A stretch of DNA of 64,000 nt, taken from positions 6,947 through 70,946 of the forward strand of contig CAZWSR010000003.1 in the NCBI GenBank assembly GCA_964636545.1, written 5' to 3'. This DNA comes from Candidatus Undinarchaeota archaeon. Lineage in GTDB: Archaea; Undinarchaeota; Undinarchaeia; Undinarchaeales; UBA543. A program made the translations under genes and the position numbers. This document shows, in pieces, positions 58,112 to 64,000 of this stretch (positions are counted from its first letter, which is position 1; each line of letters opens with the position of its first letter). Below the pieces are notes generated by a model, which worked only from the letters and a program-made list of their open reading frames with translations, had not been told where the DNA came from and ran no database searches.

Positions 58112-58384
58112 ATGGAACTAAAAATTTTAAAAGATGAAAAAGACCTTCTTGAGGTTGAACTTGTTGGAGAAACACACACTCTAACAAATGTACTGAAAGA
58201 TATTTGTAATGAAGATAAGAGTATTGACAGTGCATCATACAGAGTGGATCACCCAATGACATCCAACCCAATTCTAGTTATTAGAACAAAAACAGGTTCA
58301 CCAAAAACTGCAGTGAAGAAAGCAGCAGCAGCACTAGAAAAAATCGCAGCTGACTTTGGAAGCAAGTTCAAAAAATCTATATAA
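58112..58384 (+). CDS. rpoL: RNA polymerase subunit L (Rpo11)
   Basis: GETHTLTNVL and SYRVDHP. Confidence 0.94.
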   Translation: MELKILKDEKDLLEVELVGETHTLTNVLKDICNEDKSIDSASYRVDHPMTSNPILVIRTKTGSPKTAVKKAAAALEKIAADFGSKFKKSI

Positions 58385-58424
58385 ACTGTAATAACTAATT
58401 CTTACAAAGCTGGGGAAGATTATT

Positions 58425-58952
58425 TTGAAAATAAAACTTAGCAAAAAGACAAAGAGCTTTTTAGAAACGCTTGCATATATTTTCATAGGTTACCTAATCG
58501 CTGTTGGAGCAAACAAAGGAATGTCAATGGCAATGCACACAGACTACCCAGTTGTTGCTGTTGTTTCAAGTAGTATGGAACATGACGATCCCATTAGTTA
58601 TGAAACATGGTTTATTGATAGAAAATATGATGAGGCAGATAGAGAAGAATGGGATTTTGGAAGAGGAATCAACAAAGGAGATATAGTTTTTGTTAATGGG
58701 GTTCCATTAGAAGAGATTGGTAGCGGAGATGTAATAGTTTACAAATCAGGCAATATGGAGCCGATAATCCATAGAGTTATTGAAGTCACAGATGATGGAT
58801 TAAGAACAAAAGGTGACAATAACATGGATGTTGATCAGGATGATAGTATTCCAATTGTAACACAAGGGGCTTTGCAAGGAAGAGCAGTTTTCCGAGTTCC
58901 AATGTTAGGTTATGTTAAAATCGCGTTTATGAAAATTACAGGGAGGAGCTAG
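58425..58952 (+). CDS. sec11: Signal peptidase I (Sec11 type)
   Basis: TM helix, VVSSSME (Ser), IIHRV (His), TKGDNN and PMLGYVK; TTG start. Confidence 0.9.
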   Translation: MKIKLSKKTKSFLETLAYIFIGYLIAVGANKGMSMAMHTDYPVVAVVSSSMEHDDPISYETWFIDRKYDEADREEWDFGRGINKGDIVFVNGVPLEEIGSGDVIVYKSGNMEPIIHRVIEVTDDGLRTKGDNNMDVDQDDSIPIVTQGALQGRAVFRVPMLGYVKIAFMKITGRS

Positions 58953-58954
58953 AA

Positions 58955-59035
58955 CAGGTGTCAGGTAACAGGGATCAGGGTTCAGGATAACAGTTCCTGA
59001 TACCCGATGCCCGAACCCCGATACCTTTAACCAAA
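58955..59035 (+). repeat. CAGGTAT-family heptamer hairpin between sec11 and tfs
   Basis: caggtgt caggtaa cagggat cagggtt caggata acagtt cctgata cccgatg cccgaac cccgata cctttaa ccaaa-ATG. Confidence 0.9.
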
Positions 59036-59362
59036 ATGCAATTCTGTCCAAAATGTGGTGCAATGATGCAACCGCGTGAAAAAAAAGGAACTGATGACAT
59101 GGAGCTTGTCTGCCCAAAGTGCAAATATGTTGAAGGCGCTGATGAAGATGCTCACACAAGCACAGAAGTTCAGGAGAAAGTTGAAGAAGTTGCAGTTATT
59201 GATGAAAACTCAGTTGCACTGCCAAAAACCGATAATGAGTGCCAGAAATGCCACAATAAGAAAGCGTACTGGTGGCTTGAGCAAACAAGATCTGCTGACG
59301 AAGCACCTACTAGATTTTACAGATGCACAAAGTGCGGAAATACTTGGCGGGAATATAGTTAG
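59036..59362 (+). CDS. tfs: Transcription factor S (TFS/RpoM)
   Basis: FCPKCG...CPKC, CQKC...QTRSADE...CTKCG. Confidence 0.95.
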   Translation: MQFCPKCGAMMQPREKKGTDDMELVCPKCKYVEGADEDAHTSTEVQEKVEEVAVIDENSVALPKTDNECQKCHNKKAYWWLEQTRSADEAPTRFYRCTKCGNTWREYS

Positions 59363-59366
59363 TTCC

Positions 59367-59418
59367 GTGAATCCGGGGCTCCGCAGGGCCGTACGGCGCT
59401 CCGGCTCCACGAATTCAC
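59367..59418. repeat. GC-rich octamer hairpin directly after the tfs stop
   Basis: 59389-59418 matches 31887-31916 at 29 of 30 nt (ccgtacggcgctccggctccacgRattcac). Confidence 0.88.
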
Positions 59419-59480
59419 TGAAACAGAGATACACGATACATTTATAAGTTCAAAACAATTACTCCAAACTTGATGTTAAA

Positions 59481-59678
59481 ATGGCTTCAATAAAACACTC
59501 AAAAGTATGGGAATCAATGCTCGTTGCAGGCGGAATAGTTTTCGCCTTCGGGATGATCTGGGGCGCGTTTCTGATGGCAAAGCGGTTCACTGAAGCGCAA
59601 GGCGCACTTGTTCTGGTAGTTATTGGAATAATATTACTTGTAATGTCAGAATCAATATTGATAAGCTTCAAAAAGTGA
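59481..59678 (+). CDS. Small two-TM membrane protein
   Basis: 65 aa with two hydrophobic helices; directly upstream of rpa3. Confidence 0.6.
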   Translation: MASIKHSKVWESMLVAGGIVFAFGMIWGAFLMAKRFTEAQGALVLVVIGIILLVMSESILISFKK

Positions 59679-59679
59679 A

Positions 59680-59982
59680 ATGGACAAACCTAGAAGAGCA
59701 CCAGCTGTAGAGAAGAGCATTCCAGAGGTTACTGAAACGGATATTAAAATCCGTGTGATAGGGCGAGTTATTAAACCGGATGATAGTGGTTTCACGCTTG
59801 AGTATGACAAAAACAGCATAAAAGTAGATACTCAAGAAAATCATAAAGAAGGAACACTCGTACGGGTTTTTGGCAGACCAACGAACATGAATAATGAGCT
59901 AGTACTTAGCTCAGAACTCATTCAGGACATAAACTCCATGGATGAAAAGGTATATAAGAAGATTAAGACACAAGGGTTATGA
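59680..59982 (+). CDS. Replication protein A small subunit (Rpa3/RPA14-like OB fold)
   Basis: RRAPAVEK...IRVIGRVI...VRVFGR...ELIQD pattern resembles Thermococcales RPA14. Confidence 0.75.
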   Translation: MDKPRRAPAVEKSIPEVTETDIKIRVIGRVIKPDDSGFTLEYDKNSIKVDTQENHKEGTLVRVFGRPTNMNNELVLSSELIQDINSMDEKVYKKIKTQGL

Positions 59983-60233
59983 TGAAAAAGCAATACGCAA
60001 TAATATTAGTTGCAGTTCTTGTCATGATGATGACAATGAGCGCTGTTTACGCACGAACAAGCAAAGACGAAGAAGGAGAATGTGTAAACCAGCCAACCAA
60101 GGCATTCGGTCTTGACATGGTTACAGAAAGCGCAGTCTACCTGTTCTCAGGCGGACTTGGACCATTATTAATGGTTGGCCTTATCGTTGTGATAACTGCA
60201 ATAATTTCATACTTTGCCTTTAACGGATTTTAG
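59979..60233 (+). CDS. Small exported membrane protein
   Basis: Signal-like N-terminus plus a C-terminal TM helix; ATGA overlap. Confidence 0.6.
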   Translation: MMKKQYAIILVAVLVMMMTMSAVYARTSKDEEGECVNQPTKAFGLDMVTESAVYLFSGGLGPLLMVGLIVVITAIISYFAFNGF

Positions 60234-60309
60234 TTGAGTTAAACTACATACCGTAGAGGCATGTCCTATTTGGGAATGGGATTAATATTATACAGAGGGA
60301 GAGAGATTA

Positions 60310-61062
60310 ATGGCGAAGAAATTCAAAGCAGTAATACAAGATTCAGAATTGTTAAAGGACAGCATAAATGCTGTTTCTAACTTGCTCAATGAAGGAGTTT
60401 TCAGAGTAACTAAGAACGGAATGGAGCTTACTAGCATGGACTCCGCAAATGTTGCAATGGTTGACATGAAAATTCTTTCAAGTGCTTTTTCAGAATTTAC
60501 TGTTGAAGAAGATGTTGGAATTGGAGTTAATATTGTAGAGTTCACAAATATTTTGAAAAGAGCAAAAGCAACTGACACAATTACTTTGGAACTGGAAGAC
60601 AATACTTTACATATTTCATTTGCAGGCGGATTTAATAGAGCTTTCAAAGTTCCGTTATTGGATTTGAAACACGAAGCAAAAACACCAAATCTTGAGTTCC
60701 CAGTTGATGTTCAGATTAGAAGTGTTATTTTGGAAGACGGTATTAGCGATGCTGAATTGATTTCAGATGCAGTAACACTTGAAGCAGATCCTGATAATTT
60801 TATAATGAGGACTGAAGGTGATTCAAGAAAAGCTGAATTGAAACTTGAAAAAGGAAATGACGCACTTGTTGGTTTGAATGCAAAAGATCATGTGAAGAGC
60901 ACTTTTCCACTTGATTATTTGAGAAAGATGTCAAAAGCAGCTAAATTAGCTGACTCAGTTACAATTAAACTTGGAAATGATTATCCAATGCGAATGGACT
61001 TTACAGTTGTTGATAAAGTTCAATTAGGATTTGTTTTGGCTCCTAGGATAGAATCAGAATAA
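60310..61062 (+). CDS. pcn: DNA polymerase sliding clamp PCNA
   Basis: SMDSANVAMVDM, FKVPLLDL, DYLRKM and LAPRIE. Confidence 0.96.
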   Translation: MAKKFKAVIQDSELLKDSINAVSNLLNEGVFRVTKNGMELTSMDSANVAMVDMKILSSAFSEFTVEEDVGIGVNIVEFTNILKRAKATDTITLELEDNTLHISFAGGFNRAFKVPLLDLKHEAKTPNLEFPVDVQIRSVILEDGISDAELISDAVTLEADPDNFIMRTEGDSRKAELKLEKGNDALVGLNAKDHVKSTFPLDYLRKMSKAAKLADSVTIKLGNDYPMRMDFTVVDKVQLGFVLAPRIESE

Positions 61063-61165
61063 AACAACTCGATAAACTCACAAGAGTTAATGAAGAGTTA
61101 TATACGGCTAAGCACATCTATTTTTAGAAAGTTTTAAATACTATAGCAAGCTATAGTGAGCTATA

Positions 61166-61414
61166 ATGACTCCAACAACAATTCAACTTGACACAAACAC
61201 AAAACATCGTCTTGACGAGCTTAAGCCTTATCCAAGAGCGACTTATGATGAGGTGGTAGTTCAGCTAATACAAGTTTCTGAAAATCTTAGTAAGGAACCT
61301 GAACTGAAGGAGAAAGTTATGCAAGATATCAAAGAAGCAAGAAAGAATTTTCAGCTTGGAAAAACAATAAGTACAGATGAACTTTTGAAGGAACTTGGTA
61401 TTAATGACTTATGA
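61166..61414 (+). CDS. Antitoxin (RelB-like, RHH-type N-terminus)
   Basis: TTIQLDTNTKHRLDELK...TYDEVV; acidic C-terminus ISTDELLKELG overlapping the toxin start. Confidence 0.8.
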   Translation: MTPTTIQLDTNTKHRLDELKPYPRATYDEVVVQLIQVSENLSKEPELKEKVMQDIKEARKNFQLGKTISTDELLKELGINDL

Positions 61415-61661
61415 AATCGTGTGGGATCCTAAAACAAAAAAATGTCTCAAAAAACTAGAAACAAAATGGATTAGAGAAATTATTAGAAAAGTTCGTGAAT
61501 GTGCTGAAAACCCGTTTCTTTACCTGAAAAAACTAAAAGGAGATAACGGATGGCGGTTACGTGTCGGTGATTTTAGAGTTATTATTGACATATATTCAGC
61601 AGAAAATAAAATGAATATTACAACATTAGGCCACAGGAAGGATATTTACAAAGAAGTGTAG
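61404..61661 (+). CDS. relE: RelE/ParE-family toxin
   Basis: LKKLKG...WRLRVGDFRVI...GHRKDIY. Confidence 0.9.
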   Translation: MTYEIVWDPKTKKCLKKLETKWIREIIRKVRECAENPFLYLKKLKGDNGWRLRVGDFRVIIDIYSAENKMNITTLGHRKDIYKEV

Positions 61662-61733
61662 AGTTTTGGCGCCACGGATTGAAAGTGAGTAAGGAAACTG
61701 TTTTATATTGAAAAAACGAAAGTATTTACTCAT

Positions 61734-63233
61734 ATGAATGATCGAATAAAATATTTTCTAGTGAAAGAGCTGAAAAAAATCGGAATTGTAAAAGAGCATG
61801 TGTGGGTTCATGCAAAACTGCATGAGAAAACAGTTAACAGACTACTTGAGAGAACACCAGAAGAAATTCTTGAAAATCCTGAAATAACACAAGAAGAGTT
61901 TAAAGTAGTTCAAGAAGAGCTTGATAAAATTAGGAATTCTTACACCACAAAATATTACGAGTATTTTGTTGCAAAAGCTCTTCAAAGGGCAGGGATTTCG
62001 CTAAAAACAGCATCCACATTAAGAAATATAAAATATGCTACAATCATTACCTGGTATACAAACAGGTCTAAACCAAAAGGGATTGTTGAAAATTTTTACA
62101 ATAAGGAGCGGATACGATGTGCAGTTAATTATTGTAGAAGAAAAATCAAGAAAAAGAGGCTGGGCGAGAATTTGAAGTATTTTATTTTCAGAGAGGTGTA
62201 TACAAAATATGAAGTAGCATATGAGAGAATAGCAAAAGAACTTGGGATTACTGGAGACCGTGCAGGCCACTGGGCAAGCGGCGACAGGAAAGCTCATTTG
62301 GAGAAGTTTAGAAGAGATTATGAAAAAGATATTGAGCCATATGTCTTGGAAATTAGAGAGACTCTGACCAGAGAAGGAATAACATACTTCCTTGCAATGG
62401 AAATGAAGAAATACAAAATTGTTCCAACAATCGTGGACAAGTATTTGGGTATAAACAATTCAGCGAATTGGACTCAAGTAGGAAGAGTGAAAATAAAGGT
62501 GTATCCAAAAGTCAAGGTGCAATCAATAATTGATGAAGAGATTGTCCCCCTTAAGAAAAGATATACAGAAGACAATAAGGATTATTTTATTGTGATGAGG
62601 ATGATGGAGTATGGATATCCTGTGTATAAGATAAGAAACAAAACAGGGTTGGGTGAGAGTAAGATAAGAGGGTGGATGAAGCTGGGAAGAAAACCTGTCT
62701 ATTTCAGAGAAGATTTCATAGATAAAGAATACTTGAAAGAAGAAATCCTGAAAAAGCTTGATAAGGAAAAATACAAGTTTGATGTAGAAGATATAAACAA
62801 AATTTCATTGAAGAGGAAAGAGGTTACAAATGGAGAACTTGAAACCTTCTTGAAAAAATGTGATGAAAAAAAGATAGATAGGAAAAAAGTTCTAAAATAC
62901 ATAACAAATAATTACAACTACAAAAAAATAGGACCAGGAATTAGTCAACTTCTACTATTTTATTACATTAAGAAAAGTGGGGGGGAGGGAAAGTGGGTTG
63001 GAAACAACGCAGTTGCAAATGAGATTGCTCAAGTGTTCAGCAGGATTTTGTTCAGAATGTCTATGGATATAACTTGGGAAAACTGTACTAAGCAGATAAG
63101 TAACCACTCTATTAGTCATTTAGCAAGAAACCTAACAAGAGGAGAAGCAGACTTCCTGCTAAGGCTTGATGAGATATATAGTATTGTTAAGAAGAAAACA
63201 GCTAATAAAGTACCTTACAGAAGACCTCTTTAA
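61734..63233 (+). CDS. Hypothetical protein with five tandem HTH-like repeats
   Basis: YF-anchored repeats at aa 7, 77, 149, 218 and 284; the clearer repeats show an HTH-like LGI...W-G-KP pattern. Confidence 0.7.
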   Translation: MNDRIKYFLVKELKKIGIVKEHVWVHAKLHEKTVNRLLERTPEEILENPEITQEEFKVVQEELDKIRNSYTTKYYEYFVAKALQRAGISLKTASTLRNIKYATIITWYTNRSKPKGIVENFYNKERIRCAVNYCRRKIKKKRLGENLKYFIFREVYTKYEVAYERIAKELGITGDRAGHWASGDRKAHLEKFRRDYEKDIEPYVLEIRETLTREGITYFLAMEMKKYKIVPTIVDKYLGINNSANWTQVGRVKIKVYPKVKVQSIIDEEIVPLKKRYTEDNKDYFIVMRMMEYGYPVYKIRNKTGLGESKIRGWMKLGRKPVYFREDFIDKEYLKEEILKKLDKEKYKFDVEDINKISLKRKEVTNGELETFLKKCDEKKIDRKKVLKYITNNYNYKKIGPGISQLLLFYYIKKSGGEGKWVGNNAVANEIAQVFSRILFRMSMDITWENCTKQISNHSISHLARNLTRGEADFLLRLDEIYSIVKKKTANKVPYRRPL

Positions 63234-63275
63234 GAAGTAGAAACTATTTTATAATCCAATACTAATCATTTTATC

Positions 63276-64000
63276 ATGGATATTCCACACAACTTTCTTG
63301 GACTGCCTGAACAATTTTCACACTGGCAAGGTTCAAAAATAGTTGTACTTCCTGTTGCTTATGGCGGAGAACCTGTTTGGGGAGCTGGAGCTGAGAAAGG
63401 ACCTGATGCAATACTTGAAGCTAGCAAGAACATGGAGCCGTATGACGAAGTTCTCAAACAAAATACTGCAATAAATGTTATTCACACTGGCCACACTATT
63501 GAAGATGATAAGCCAGAAACAGTTATTAGAAAAGTGCAAGACAAAGTTACTCTTGTTGCAGGTGCAAATAAGTTTCCAGTAATTATTGGCGGAGATCATT
63601 CAATAACTCCAGGAGCAGTTGCTGCTTTGAAAGAATATTATCCAGACATGAGTGTTCTTCAATTAGATGCGCATGCTGACATGTGGGACAAATACAAAGA
63701 TAGTGCAAATTCGCCTGCTTGCGTAATGACAAATATTCGCAAAATGAAAATTCCAGCAGTTCAAGTTGGTATTAGAAGTTTGAGTGAGGATGAAGAAGCA
63801 CTTATCAAAAAACACAATTATGATATTTTCTATGCTCATGAAATGAAAACCTGCAAGAGTTGGCAGGAAAAAGCTTTGAAAGGACTTGGAAATGATGTTT
63901 ACATTACACTTGATTTAGATGTGCTGGATCCAAGTATTATGCCAGCTACTGGAACACCTGAGCCAGGTGGGATGTTGTGGGATGAGATTTTAGAGTTTTT
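63276..64000 (+). CDS. speB: Agmatinase/ureohydrolase family protein (runs off the window end)
   Basis: Hand-translated GGDHS, QLDAHAD, QVGIRS and YITLDLDVLDPSIMPATGTPEPGG; missing from the ORF track. Confidence 0.9.
   Translation, partial: MDIPHNFLGLPEQFSHWQGSKIVVLPVAYGGEPVWGAGAEKGPDAILEASKNMEPYDEVLKQNTAINVIHTGHTIEDDKPETVIRKVQDKVTLVAGANKFPVIIGGDHSITPGAVAALKEYYPDMSVLQLDAHADMWDKYKDSANSPACVMTNIRKMKIPAVQVGIRSLSEDEEALIKKHNYDIFYAHEMKTCKSWQEKALKGLGNDVYITLDLDVLDPSIMPATGTPEPGGMLWDEILEF

Noticed and set aside
36845-59035. CRISPR array from the near-identical ~75-nt intergenic repeats
   Set aside because: The copies are dispersed kilobases apart with no repeat-spacer periodicity, and there are no cas genes.
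61063-63275. Integrated mobile element (provirus or IS) around the TA pair
   Set aside because: No integrase or transposase, att repeats or adjacent tRNA target were seen. Reported only as an accessory islet.
1-64000. Inteins, tRNA introns, rRNA genes, recoded stop codons
   Set aside because: The core proteins have normal lengths apart from the repeat inserts and tails. Both tRNAs are intron-less, no rRNA-like tract is present, and no in-frame stops split conserved genes.

Overview
Archaeal chromosomal window, read in the standard code, AT-rich, with TATA-type promoters and many ATGA-coupled genes. The gene content, orphan membrane proteins and large Asn-rich surface proteins suggest a DPANN-type lineage, but this is inference and not a phylogenetic placement. 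Most of the window is conserved housekeeping genes: ychF, nusA-like, ABCE1, two tRNAs, asnS, ftsZ, gltX-rnj-MEMO-rps2-eno, psmB-fttA, the proteasome/exosome/RNase P superoperon, drg, suhB-trmJ-DUF1512-uL16, ppsA-dph2, rpoL-sec11-tfs-rpa3-pcn, a RelBE-type TA pair and a truncated agmatinase. Three large secreted glycoproteins and several orphans are interspersed. One glycoprotein, at 1-3762, is missing from the ORF track. The most unusual signal is a set of about 25 short elements built from tandem 7-nt or 8-nt units, often arranged as inverted arms (hairpins). They fall into at least four sequence families. They occupy intercistronic gaps directly upstream of start codons, supply stop codons, and sit in-frame inside conserved enzymes (TrmJ, PpsA, Dph2). 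One pair appears to have shifted the frame of an ORF so that it overlaps the next gene by 242 nt. No transposase, CRISPR array, rRNA or intein was seen.
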